Assembly: GCA_030587475.2 (NCBI GenBank)
Contig: JAUQYZ020000080.1
Span: 1 to 27,993, forward strand
DNA: 27,993 nt
Direction of reading: 5' to 3'
Origin: Candidatus Sigynarchaeum calidifontis
Lineage (GTDB): Archaea; Asgardarchaeota; Lokiarchaeia; Sigyniarchaeales; Sigyniarchaeaceae
Below, in pieces: positions 1-8,840 of the stretch (its first letter is position 1; every line of letters begins with the position of its first letter). The notes under the pieces are model-generated. The model was not told the origin of the DNA and made no database searches. It worked only from the letters and a program-made list of their open reading frames with translations. The position numbers and the translations under genes are program-made.

Positions 1-12
1 CGAGCGGTAACC

Positions 13-729
13 GTGCCATCTGATAGCGCGTTCGCGGAAAAGATCCACGTCCAGGGCGGCGGGATCATCAGGGAGATCGTGTTCGGGATGAACGACGGCA
101 TCGTGTCGATATTTGCCTTGCTCGCAGGGATCGCGGGCGCTGGCGTGTCGGCCCAGCAGATCCTAGTGACATTACTTGCCGCGACGATAGCGGGGGCATT
201 GAGCATGGCTGCTGGCCAATATCTCAGCGCCAAGAGCGCGAGGAAATACGTGGAAAGCGAGATACACAAGGAGCGCCTCGAGATCAAGCTCGTCCCCGAT
301 ATCGAGAAAGACGAGATACGGCGCATCTATCAAAAGAAAGGCTTCAAGGGCGACATCCTCGAGCATATCGTGACCCAGATCACGTCAGATCCCGAGTTGT
401 GGGTCAAGGAAATGGTCGCCGACGAGCTCGGCGTCGCGGAAATCGAACAAGAGAACGAGCTGAAGGGCGTGGTCGTGATCTTCATCGCATTCATGGCCGG
501 TTCAATGTTCCCGACCTTGCCATACATGATCCTGCAATTCCTCGGCGGGGACGTGTTGTTTTGGGTGGCCACCTTCGTGACGTTCTTTGGACTTTTCCTC
601 GTCGGTGCGCTCAAGAAAGTCGTGACGGGCCAGAACTGGATCAAGTCTGGCTTCGAGATGCTCATCGCGGGCACTTTGGCATTCCTTGCATCCTATGGCA
701 TAGGCTTGCTCGTCGGCGTGTCCGTGTGA
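13..729 (+). CDS. VIT1/CCC1 family Fe2+/Mn2+ transporter
   Basis: N-terminal 'IIREIVFGMNDGIVS' and 'AGALSMAAGQYLS' motifs, a cytosolic 'E..E...IY..KG' metal-binding domain, and about 5 TM helices. The start is close to the window edge. Confidence 0.92.
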   Translation: MPSDSAFAEKIHVQGGGIIREIVFGMNDGIVSIFALLAGIAGAGVSAQQILVTLLAATIAGALSMAAGQYLSAKSARKYVESEIHKERLEIKLVPDIEKDEIRRIYQKKGFKGDILEHIVTQITSDPELWVKEMVADELGVAEIEQENELKGVVVIFIAFMAGSMFPTLPYMILQFLGGDVLFWVATFVTFFGLFLVGALKKVVTGQNWIKSGFEMLIAGTLAFLASYGIGLLVGVSV

Positions 730-2279
730 TTCGCCTTTCTTTTTTCTTCTTCGTTCTCGTCTTTTTTTCTCGGGACAATTCCCTTTTGGCGTAGAATCAA
801 GGCGAAGATCACCGCAGCGATTCCAGCCGCGAAGAAGGCCAGCCAGAACGCCGCGTATTGTGCGTGGGTCATGCGCGGGACGGGCTGGTCAAGGCCCGTG
901 AAGAGCCATGGACGGTTCGTCTTGACATACATCACCCCAAGCGTCCAGAGCGTGGAATAGATCTCCACGCTATCCACGGTATACAAGATAGTCGGGATGC
1001 CGTGGGCGCGATATTCCGCGAGCCGCGCGTTTGGGACGTCGAGATCCAGGTTCACGGCATCGTAGCCCTTCGCGATGACGGACTCGACGGAACAAGATCT
1101 CGTGCAAAGCCGGCTCAAGTTTTCGGCACTGGCCGATGCCGTGTAGACCCAGGCCTTCTTCCCGAGTGATGACGCCCCCAGCATCGCGATCATCGAGCTC
1201 CTGGCCGTGTCGTGAAAGGGATGGCCGAGGGGTGGCGACTTGAAATCGATTTCGAGGATTAAATCATGTGTCTCGGAAAAGTTTATGGCGTCCTGCAAAG
1301 AGGGGACTTTCACGCCGCGGTACGACTCTGCCTGGCTTCTCGGGACGATGCCCGACAGGATCGTGCCGTAGGGATCGTCATCAGCAAACCACGACCCTGC
1401 ATCTAGTGCACGTATCTGGGAGAAATTGAACATACAAGCGGGCACGGATGCTAGGTTTGGATACACCGTCTCGACATCGGTGGTGCGGCGCAAGTCGTCG
1501 TCGTGCATAAGGAAAAAGACGCCATCGAAACTCACCTGCACGTCTACCTCCCAGCCGGCAACGCCGAACTGGAGCGATTCTTGAGCCGCTCTTATCGTGT
1601 TTTCGGGAGCGTAGTTTGAAGCACCACGGTGCCCGATGAGGCGTGGTTTGGGTGGGAGCGGGTCGCTGGAAATGGTGGTGGGCGTGAGCACGAAAGGCAA
1701 AGCGAAACAAGCCGTGTATATCGCCAACATCGTCGAAAGGGCAATTATATTGGCATAGCGTGCCTTCCCGGTTAGTTTCCTGACACGCTTTACCATGCGG
1801 AGGATCGCGGGGATGGCTTTGAAGAGACACGCGACCATCAAGACGTTGAGAGCGATGTAGAGATAAAAGCTGATACCATCAAGGAACCGCACGACGATGA
1901 ATATCTCGCCACCAGCCATGCTTCCAAAGATGATATAGAAAACATTCCAAGCAACAAGTATGACGATCGATATGGCAATTTCTACACGACAAATTTTGAA
2001 GGATATGGCATTCCTGGATAATTGACGCTTGTATCGAACGATCAAGATAAAAAACCATGTTATCAGCAGCCCTGCGAGTATTGCAAAAAATAACATATAA
2101 TTGATCCGCAAGCCGATAACGTTGCCGAGGAGCACGTTCAAATCATAAAGGTACGGCTGGAGGATGAGCAAGACCACGAACACGAAGCCGATGTCTGCGA
2201 TCGAAATGGTGCAAACCGCTAGCCAAGCGATTGCCAGGGCGGGTCTCGTGGTGCCGTCGGGTATACCTTGTCTTGCCAT
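693..2279 (-). CDS. Six-TM glycerophosphodiester phosphodiesterase, GDE2/GDE3/GDE6 (GDPD5/GDPD2/GDPD4)-like
   Basis: Intact GDPD motifs 'IGHRG...APENT', 'WEVDVQVSFDG..FLMHD..LRRTT' and 'LDAGSWF'. Five hydrophobic helices precede the catalytic domain and one follows it. Confidence 0.9.
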   Translation of the reverse strand: MARQGIPDGTTRPALAIAWLAVCTISIADIGFVFVVLLILQPYLYDLNVLLGNVIGLRINYMLFFAILAGLLITWFFILIVRYKRQLSRNAISFKICRVEIAISIVILVAWNVFYIIFGSMAGGEIFIVVRFLDGISFYLYIALNVLMVACLFKAIPAILRMVKRVRKLTGKARYANIIALSTMLAIYTACFALPFVLTPTTISSDPLPPKPRLIGHRGASNYAPENTIRAAQESLQFGVAGWEVDVQVSFDGVFFLMHDDDLRRTTDVETVYPNLASVPACMFNFSQIRALDAGSWFADDDPYGTILSGIVPRSQAESYRGVKVPSLQDAINFSETHDLILEIDFKSPPLGHPFHDTARSSMIAMLGASSLGKKAWVYTASASAENLSRLCTRSCSVESVIAKGYDAVNLDLDVPNARLAEYRAHGIPTILYTVDSVEIYSTLWTLGVMYVKTNRPWLFTGLDQPVPRMTHAQYAAFWLAFFAAGIAAVIFALILRQKGIVPRKKDENEEEKRKANHTDTPTSKPMP

Positions 2280-2388
2280 GATCCTCGTGACCAGGCAAAC
2301 GGGGAGGGTATTTGAAGATACTCACTTACGCGTGAGAGATGGAAAGGGAAAAAACGAGAATAAAACCGAGGGATAAACGGCGAGACTT

Positions 2389-2550
2389 TTACTTCTTCGT
2401 TTCGCGTTTTTTCTGGCGTAAATTATAGCTATGGCAACGCCGGCATTTCACGGCGGTGAATGGATTGAGCGAGCCGCATTTTCGGCAGATCTTCTTGTAA
2501 AGCAAGTGATATTGTGCGATTTTGCGAACAGTGACATCTGCAATTGGCAT
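2389..2550 (-). CDS. rpl40e: 50S ribosomal protein L40e (eL40), no ubiquitin fusion
   Basis: Translated by hand from the minus strand: MPIADVTVRKIAQYHLLYKKICRKCGSLNPFTAVKCRRCHSYNLRQKKRETKK*. It has the eL40 'KKICRKC...NP..A.KCRRC....LR.KK' zinc motif and lies just downstream of rpl38e. Absent from the supplied ORF track (53 aa). Confidence 0.95.
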   Translation of the reverse strand: MPIADVTVRKIAQYHLLYKKICRKCGSLNPFTAVKCRRCHSYNLRQKKRETKK

Positions 2551-2589
2551 GTTGGTTCACTCGTTAAATTTGATATTCAGTTGTCGCGA

Positions 2590-2784
2590 TCAGAGCTCGA
2601 CTGGCTGGACGGGCAGCTTCTTGATGAGCGCATCGGCCGTCTCGGGCTCGCAAATGTATGTATAGAGCATCTTCTTGGTTCTGACCTTTAACTTGACGGA
2701 CTTGGGGCTCCGCTTCACACGGATGTCTGTTGCGCCAGCAGCGAGCTTCAAGAACTTCTCTGCGTCGGTAATGTTGCGCGGCAT
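2590..2784 (-). CDS. rpl38e: 50S ribosomal protein L38e (eL38)
   Basis: 64 aa basic protein with the eL38 pattern 'MPRNITD..KFL.LA......RVKR....VKLKVRTKKMLYT'. Confidence 0.92.
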   Translation of the reverse strand: MPRNITDAEKFLKLAAGATDIRVKRSPKSVKLKVRTKKMLYTYICEPETADALIKKLPVQPVEL

Positions 2785-3003
2785 GGTGCAATACCATATT
2801 TCTATCTCAAGGAGGTAGATGCGCCGGGCGATTTAATGGTTGTCAAATGTCGTGCCGATAGGTTTCATAGCTTCATATCCTAAGGAATGGTTTTATCATT
2901 TAGATCCCTATCTAGGTTTGGATAGAAGCCGTTTGCTCTGAAGACTAGAACTCAAATATCTATTATGGAATTATAATAAACAGAAAATAACGGTTTGGTT
3001 TTA

Positions 3004-3555
3004 ATGAAACTATTACCAACGTGTATTACTTGCGCGAAAGGCTCGGTTTTATGTGAATCGTGCCAGGAACGCCTTGAAAGCGGGGAGCTTACCAACCTCG
3101 ACATCGACATCTCCGAGATCTTGCTCGAGATCGAGGAAGCAAACCCCGACATAAAGCTTTCAGAGGCCTCCTTCTTCAAGAGCATCGAGCTTGACAAGAT
3201 GACCATCCTGGTCATCGGCAAAGGCGAGACCGAGATCTTTAAACCCCTTATCAAGAAGCTGCAGAAAGAGCTTCAATTGCCACGCATCGAGTTCCTTGAA
3301 AAGTCCAAGGAAAGCAGCGACCTCAAGGCAAAGGTAAGCGAGAAGGAACTCAAGAACATCGTGAATGATTTCGTCAAGCCGGGCAAACTTGTCGGCATTA
3401 ATAAATTATTCCTTCCTACTGGAGACGACGAATACAAGGCCCGCGTGCAAATCAAGCAAAGCGATCGGTTGCCCCTCTCTAAATCGAACCTGGAAAAGTT
3501 GATCAAGGAATTGACAAACACGATCGTCCGGATCGAGATAGAAGTTGTACAGTAG
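3004..3555 (+). CDS. Archaeal NusA-like transcription elongation factor (Cys4 N-terminus, KH-like)
   Basis: N-terminal 'KLLPTCITCAKGSVLCESCQERLESGELTNLDIDISEIL' matches the crenarchaeal NusA-like family, and the gene sits before pth2-truD. ATG at 3004 is preferred over TTG at 2995. Confidence 0.8.
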   Translation: MKLLPTCITCAKGSVLCESCQERLESGELTNLDIDISEILLEIEEANPDIKLSEASFFKSIELDKMTILVIGKGETEIFKPLIKKLQKELQLPRIEFLEKSKESSDLKAKVSEKELKNIVNDFVKPGKLVGINKLFLPTGDDEYKARVQIKQSDRLPLSKSNLEKLIKELTNTIVRIEIEVVQ

Positions 3556-3595
3556 TAATTCCTCCATTCCTGGTTCTCTGGCCTTTAAACGGGTG

Positions 3596-3961
3596 ATGCC
3601 CACGTCATTTATCTACAAGCAATTCATCGTGATCCGCGCCGATTTGAAGATGTCGGCTGGCAAGGCTGTTGTTCAAGGCGCGCACGCCTCAATCCTCGCG
3701 GCCGAGAAGGTGCGACGTGTCAACCCGGACACGTGGAAGGCCTGGTTCAACGAGGGACAGCGGAAGATCGCGTGCAAGGTGCAATCGCTCGATGAGCTGC
3801 TCCAGCTGAAGGGCCAAGTGGAGCGGCTTAACGTGCCTTGCGAGATCGTCGCCGATGCGGGCCTCACCCAGCTGGAGCCTGGCACAATCACGGCACTTGG
3901 CATTGGCCCCGTTCTCGAGACCACGATCGACCCGATCACCAGGAATTTGAAACTGCTCTGA
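3596..3961 (+). CDS. pth2: Peptidyl-tRNA hydrolase Pth2
   Basis: 'YKQFIVIRADLKMSAGKAVVQGAHA', 'GQRKI', 'DAGLTQLEPGTITALGIGP' and a C-terminal 'LKLL'. ATG at 3596 is preferred. Confidence 0.97.
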   Translation: MPTSFIYKQFIVIRADLKMSAGKAVVQGAHASILAAEKVRRVNPDTWKAWFNEGQRKIACKVQSLDELLQLKGQVERLNVPCEIVADAGLTQLEPGTITALGIGPVLETTIDPITRNLKLL

Positions 3962-4008
3962 TCCCGGTCGGGCTGTCTGTGCAGCAATAAACGACCCCGG
4001 TGCACTCC

Positions 4009-5424
4009 ATGTCCAAGCTTGTAACAAGGTACGACCACTTTTCCTACGAAGGGCTCGTGGGGATACGACACTACGTCACTCCGGAGTTGCCGGGGATCGG
4101 GGGCGAGATCAAGAACCTGCTTTCCGATTTTATCGTCCAGGAGATCACAACGGGCAAGGACGTTATCAAGACCGCCGACGATGCTTTCATCGACCCTCGC
4201 CAGCAGCGAAAACCACCGCGCAGCAATCGCAAGTACACCCGTTTCGTGCTCAAGAAGTTCGGATTTGACACGATCCACGCCATCGAGTATATATCCCGCC
4301 GCATCGGTGTCCCGTCGGAGAAATTCTCGTTTGCCGGCATCAAGGACAATCAAGCCATTTCCGCCCAGCAAGTCACGGTCGAGGGCGACTATTGGAGCGC
4401 CCTCGCTGCGATCTGCAGGGACAACCCGAATTTCGAGATTTCAAGTATCGATTACGCTTCCGAGCCGGTCAAGACCGGCGACTTGTGGGGCAACAAGTTC
4501 CTCATCCGCATCAGGGACATCGACTTGCCCATCGACGAGATACAAACGCGGGTCAACAATATTGTGGCCACGCTAGAAGCGCGTGGCGGGTTCCTCAACT
4601 ATTTCGGCCTCCAGCGCTTCGGCACGCATCGCCCGAACTCGCACAAGGTTGGAAAATGCATCGTCAAGGAGGATTGGGAGGGAGCGATCAATGAATTGCT
4701 CATTCCCACGTTTCCGCGGGAGACCCCGGATGCTATCATCGCCCGGGATTTGTATAAGGACACCCGCGATCCCGCTGCCGCGCTAAAGATCATGCCGAAG
4801 TCGTTGTTCTACGAGAACATCCTCCTCGAGTACTTGTCAATGCACCCGAAGGACTGGAAGGGCGCCTTGCTCGCGCTGCCCCGCACGATCGTGTCCCTCT
4901 ACACCTACTCGTACCAATCCTTTCTTTTCAACGAGGTCATCAGTGCCCGTTTCGAGAAATCCAAGGATCTCGTCATGCCCGCGCCGGGCGACCTGGTCGC
5001 GTTGCTCGATGGCAAGCATGGCCAAATGACGAAGGTCCGCTACATCGTCGACGCGTCGAACCAGCGCATGCTCGCTGACTACATCAAGCTCGGTAAAGCG
5101 GCCATCGTCGTTCCTGTCATCGGGTCCCGGTTCTTCATCCATCCAAACAACCCTTTCTCCCCACTTTACGAGGAATTGCTAAGGAAGGAACAGATCCAGC
5201 AGCAAGAGTTCGCGCCGCCCGAGGATGACGAGCTCGGCATCAATCTCCAGGGCGTGACCCGTCCCATGGCGTTGTTCCCCCGGAATTTAAAAGTTGTTGA
5301 AATAGTGCCCGACGAAATAAACAAGGGCAAGAACCAGGTGCGGCTCTCGTTCGCTCTACCAAAAGGAACCTATGCGACCATGTTTTTGCGGGAGATCATG
5401 AAGACCGACAATCAATACTTGTGA
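4009..5424 (+). CDS. truD: tRNA pseudouridine(13) synthase TruD/Pus7
   Basis: 'GIGGEIK....DFIVQE', catalytic 'FAGIKD', 'GDLWGNKF.I', 'NYFGLQRFG' and 'LSFALPKGTYATMFLRE'. Confidence 0.96.
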   Translation: MSKLVTRYDHFSYEGLVGIRHYVTPELPGIGGEIKNLLSDFIVQEITTGKDVIKTADDAFIDPRQQRKPPRSNRKYTRFVLKKFGFDTIHAIEYISRRIGVPSEKFSFAGIKDNQAISAQQVTVEGDYWSALAAICRDNPNFEISSIDYASEPVKTGDLWGNKFLIRIRDIDLPIDEIQTRVNNIVATLEARGGFLNYFGLQRFGTHRPNSHKVGKCIVKEDWEGAINELLIPTFPRETPDAIIARDLYKDTRDPAAALKIMPKSLFYENILLEYLSMHPKDWKGALLALPRTIVSLYTYSYQSFLFNEVISARFEKSKDLVMPAPGDLVALLDGKHGQMTKVRYIVDASNQRMLADYIKLGKAAIVVPVIGSRFFIHPNNPFSPLYEELLRKEQIQQQEFAPPEDDELGINLQGVTRPMALFPRNLKVVEIVPDEINKGKNQVRLSFALPKGTYATMFLREIMKTDNQYL

Positions 5425-5502
5425 GCGAAGATACCATCATTTTCAAAAGAAAGGTCGTACACTCCAAATCAAGCCAGATCGACATGGAAAGGGTGGTTGA
5501 AT

Positions 5503-6831
5503 ATGGACATCAAGCTCGATAGCATGGGTGAAATGAGAAAGACACATTATACATCAGATCTCTCCGCTAAGGACGATGGCAAGGAAGTCATCGTCGGCGG
5601 CTGGGTTTTGAGGAACAAGTCCCTCGGCGGGTTGAAATTTTTCATCTTGCAAGACCGGGAGGGGACGTGCCAGGTCACCGCGAAGGATGACAACCCTGAC
5701 GTTCCCGATATCGTGAAGAAAATCATCCCGGAACTCGGTGCCATGTACGTCGTGCTGGTCAGAGGGAAGATTCGTGCCGATAAGCGTGCGCCGGGCGGGT
5801 TCGAGATCATCCCGCTCGAGATCAAGGTGCTCAACAAGACCATGCAACAGCTACCGCTCGTCGAAGGCACGAGTGCAGAACTTGACACGCGGCTCAACAA
5901 TCGAGTTCTTGACCTGCGCTTCAAGAAAAACCAGGCCATTTTCAAAATCCAGCACGTCATGCTCAATGCGTTCCGTGAATATTTCATGCAGAATCACTTC
6001 ACCGAGATATCCACGCCGAAGATCATCGGCTCGGCTACCGAGGGCGGCACCGAGCTGTTCCCGATCGTGTACTTCAACAAGGAGGCGTTCCTCAGCCAAT
6101 CGGCGCAGCTCTACAAGGAGCAATTGTCCTCGGTATTCGAGCGCGTGTTCGAGATTGCCCCGTGCTATCGAGCCGAAGCTTCCCACACGAAACGCCATCT
6201 CTGCGAAATCCTCACGCTAGACATCGAGATGGGCTTTGCCAACATTTACGACGTGCTTTCCACGTTTGAGAAGGCTTTGGTACACGTGCTCAACGCGATC
6301 AACAAGGATTGCGCCGCGCAGCTAAAGATCCTCGGTCAAAAGCTCTTGATCCCGGAGCTTCCGCTCAAGCGGTATACCTATTCGGAGGTCATCGAGCTCC
6401 TCCAGACCAAGGGCGATTACAAGATCGAGTGGGGCGAGGACATCACGACCGACGCCTATAGAGTTCTTGACAAGTTCTTGAAGGGCTATTTCTACATCAT
6501 CAAGTGGCCCACCGCTGCTAAACCATTTTACATCCAGCCTTGCGAGGACGATCCCAAGGTGTCGGAATCATTCGACCTGCAATACGGGTTCCTCGAGCTT
6601 GCCAGCGGCGGCACGCGCTTGCATAACAAGGACTATCTCATCCAACGCTTGCGCGAGAAAAAGCTCAACCCCGTGTCGTTCGAGGATCACCTCAAGGCAT
6701 TTGATTTCGGGATGCCACCGCACGCGGGTCTTGGTTTCGGCATCGGTCGTTTCTTGACCGTACTTACCGGCGCCCAGGATATCCGGGAGGTCGTGCTCTA
6801 CCCGCGCACGCCGGACCGGCTCACGCCGTGA
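5503..6831 (+). CDS. aspS: Archaeal-type aspartate--tRNA ligase (probably non-discriminating)
   Basis: OB anticodon-binding domain, '[11 protein letters not shown]', 'ATEGGTELF', '[10 protein letters not shown]', motif 2 '[14 protein letters not shown]', motif 3 '[11 protein letters not shown]' and terminal '[10 protein letters not shown]'. Non-discriminating status is inferred only from the short 'APGG' loop. Confidence 0.94.
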   Translation: MDIKLDSMGEMRKTHYTSDLSAKDDGKEVIVGGWVLRNKSLGGLKFFILQDREGTCQVTAKDDNPDVPDIVKKIIPELGAMYVVLVRGKIRADKRAPGGFEIIPLEIKVLNKTMQQLPLVEGTSAELDTRLNNRVLDLRFKKNQAIFKIQHVMLNAFREYFMQNHFTEISTPKIIGSATEGGTELFPIVYFNKEAFLSQSAQLYKEQLSSVFERVFEIAPCYRAEASHTKRHLCEILTLDIEMGFANIYDVLSTFEKALVHVLNAINKDCAAQLKILGQKLLIPELPLKRYTYSEVIELLQTKGDYKIEWGEDITTDAYRVLDKFLKGYFYIIKWPTAAKPFYIQPCEDDPKVSESFDLQYGFLELASGGTRLHNKDYLIQRLREKKLNPVSFEDHLKAFDFGMPPHAGLGFGIGRFLTVLTGAQDIREVVLYPRTPDRLTP

Positions 6832-6834
6832 TGC

Positions 6835-7713
6835 TCATTCTTTATCTTTTTTCCTTGCCGGCACGATGAATGCCGGGATGTACAACCCGGCGATCGCGAC
6901 CGACATGAGGCTGTAGACGATTCGCAAGAAGAAAGCCGTCTCTTCCGTTATCTTCGTGAAGGAAGCCATTTCCACGAATATCATCAAGAAAGTGACGGTG
7001 ATGAGGAGTATAATTTGGACTGCGATCGCTTCTAGGGCTCGCGCTTGTGTTGGCTCGGTGATCGATCTCCGGATCTTGAAAATCTTGAATGCCACGATAC
7101 CCACGATGATACCGATCATACCGAGCACCGTGAAGCCGATAACAGCTATGGCGATCTCGAATGGTGAGCCATCCTCCGTGTAGGTGAGGAGCGTGACGAA
7201 GATCCCTATGACGATACCAAAAGCTTCGAGGAACAGGATGAAACCTTCGATACCATGTTCTCGCTTTTGCCCCATGGCTGGCTTGATGAAAACCTCCATC
7301 GCCACGAATGAAAAGAACATGAGGGACAGGATGCCCAATGGCATGAATGCCTTGAGGCCGACTTCGCTGATGCCTTTCAATCCTTGAAAAAACATGTGCG
7401 CCACGTTAACAGCATACGCGCTGCCTTGATAGATCGCCGAATAAAAGACCAGCGACGCCAGGTAATTGTCGACCTTCTGGTGTCGGATTTTATTGTATCG
7501 AAACGCCTCGTAGAGCAAAGCCAACGCGGCCGCCGTGCCGGCGACGATGAAAGCCACTTTCCATGGATGAAGATCAGAAAAGCCAAATATCGTGATTGGT
7601 CCGAGAGGTGGATTAACGGACAAGTCGTAAAAATCAAATATCGTACACAAGATTATCGTTGCCAGAAATGAAACTAGGAGGATCGTGTTCTGGAGCTTGA
7701 GATTGATTTTCAT
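6835..7713 (-). CDS. Uncharacterised integral membrane protein (about 8 TM, 1+7 arrangement)
   Basis: 292 aa with about 8 hydrophobic helices and a basic C-terminus. No catalytic motif recognised. Confidence 0.75.
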   Translation of the reverse strand: MKINLKLQNTILLVSFLATIILCTIFDFYDLSVNPPLGPITIFGFSDLHPWKVAFIVAGTAAALALLYEAFRYNKIRHQKVDNYLASLVFYSAIYQGSAYAVNVAHMFFQGLKGISEVGLKAFMPLGILSLMFFSFVAMEVFIKPAMGQKREHGIEGFILFLEAFGIVIGIFVTLLTYTEDGSPFEIAIAVIGFTVLGMIGIIVGIVAFKIFKIRRSITEPTQARALEAIAVQIILLITVTFLMIFVEMASFTKITEETAFFLRIVYSLMSVAIAGLYIPAFIVPARKKDKE

Positions 7714-7908
7714 CGTTACAATACTGGCAATCTAGTCGGTAGGTTAGATCAACAGTTCTCTAGAGACCATTTCAACATTTGCTCTAGTATTAGTCCCGCG
7801 AAAGACGGCGAAATAGTGAATCATTTCTCTATCCCGCTTCTCGACCATGTTTATATCCAAGGGGAAGTATCTCTATTTTATCGAAGCATCGCCGAACGGG
7901 TCATCGAC

Positions 7909-8820
7909 GTGGTAGACGAGGATATTGTTTCGAAATATCGTGCAGCGGGTAGGGTGTGCGCAGAAGCTGCAAAATATGCGCGAACGTTGGTAAAGCCCGG
8001 GGCATCCGTGCTCCAGATTGGCACCCAAATAGAAAAATTCATCCTGGACAAGGGCGTGAGATTGTCATTCCCCGTTAACATCTCGCTCGACGACATCGCG
8101 GCGCACTACTCGCCATCGATCGACGACACTTTCGCCTTGCCAGAGAAAGGATTGCTCAAGATAGACATCGGCACGCACGTTGACGGTTACATCGCTGATC
8201 ACGCGATCACGGTTGATATCGGTAATACAGGCGGTATCTACCAGGAACTCATCGATGCTGCTGAAGCAGGTCTCGATACCGTCGTGAACAACTTCCGGGC
8301 AGGCCAGAACGTCGTGCAGATAGGAAAGCTCGTCGAAGAAACGATTGTGAAGGCCGGCTTCGTCCCTATCCGGAACCTCGGGGGCCACAACCTGGAGCAA
8401 TATAACCTCCACGGTGGCGTGTTCGTGCCAAACACGGGGTCGGGATACCCTTATATCTTGAAGGAAGGCGATGTATTCGCGGTCGAGCCCTTCTCGACGA
8501 ACGGAGCTGGTTATGTCATAGACGGGACGAGTAAATTCATCTATCGCTTCCAAAAGCGGCCGAAGCACCAGCTTCCCATGCCGCTGGCATCTTATCTCGA
8601 GCTGATCCGGAAGCAATGTTCCACGTTGCCGTTCTCGCCCCGGTGGCTTATAGGCAAGATCCCCAAGGAGCGCATTATGCCCGCCATTCTTGAGCTCGCC
8701 CGGAAGGATTTGCTGCAAGCATATCCCCTCCTCATCGAGCGCCAGGGCGGGCTCGTCGCTCAAGCGGAACACACGCTGATCGTCATGAAGGATCATGCAG
8801 AAATCACGACGATCTCGTGA
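7909..8820 (+). CDS. map: Type II methionine aminopeptidase
   Basis: 'FPVNIS..DIAAHYSP', 'KIDIGTHVDGYIAD', 'NLGGH....YNLHGG', 'FAVEPF' and 'VAQAEHT', plus the type II helical insertion. GTG at 7909 is the likely start (the ORF is open from 7816). Confidence 0.97.
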   Translation: MVDEDIVSKYRAAGRVCAEAAKYARTLVKPGASVLQIGTQIEKFILDKGVRLSFPVNISLDDIAAHYSPSIDDTFALPEKGLLKIDIGTHVDGYIADHAITVDIGNTGGIYQELIDAAEAGLDTVVNNFRAGQNVVQIGKLVEETIVKAGFVPIRNLGGHNLEQYNLHGGVFVPNTGSGYPYILKEGDVFAVEPFSTNGAGYVIDGTSKFIYRFQKRPKHQLPMPLASYLELIRKQCSTLPFSPRWLIGKIPKERIMPAILELARKDLLQAYPLLIERQGGLVAQAEHTLIVMKDHAEITTIS

Positions 8821-8840
8821 TCGTGGAGGCACACGGCCAC

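Noticed and set aside
730-790. T-rich tract after the VIT1 gene as a terminator
   Set aside because: It is plausible, but it is fully explained by the Lys/Glu-rich C-terminal codons of the convergent, overlapping GDPD gene.
2431-2691. 86 aa + strand ORF in the ORF track
   Set aside because: It is the antisense shadow of rpl40e and rpl38e, which are clearly recognisable on the minus strand.
3962-4000. Small hairpin between pth2 and truD (GGTCG...CGACC with inner GCTG/CAGC)
   Set aside because: Short and imperfect with no U-tract, so it cannot be distinguished from chance.
6835-7713. Microbial rhodopsin or heliorhodopsin
   Set aside because: There is no retinal-binding Lys in the last helix ('SLMSVAIAG') and no recognisable helix C motif.
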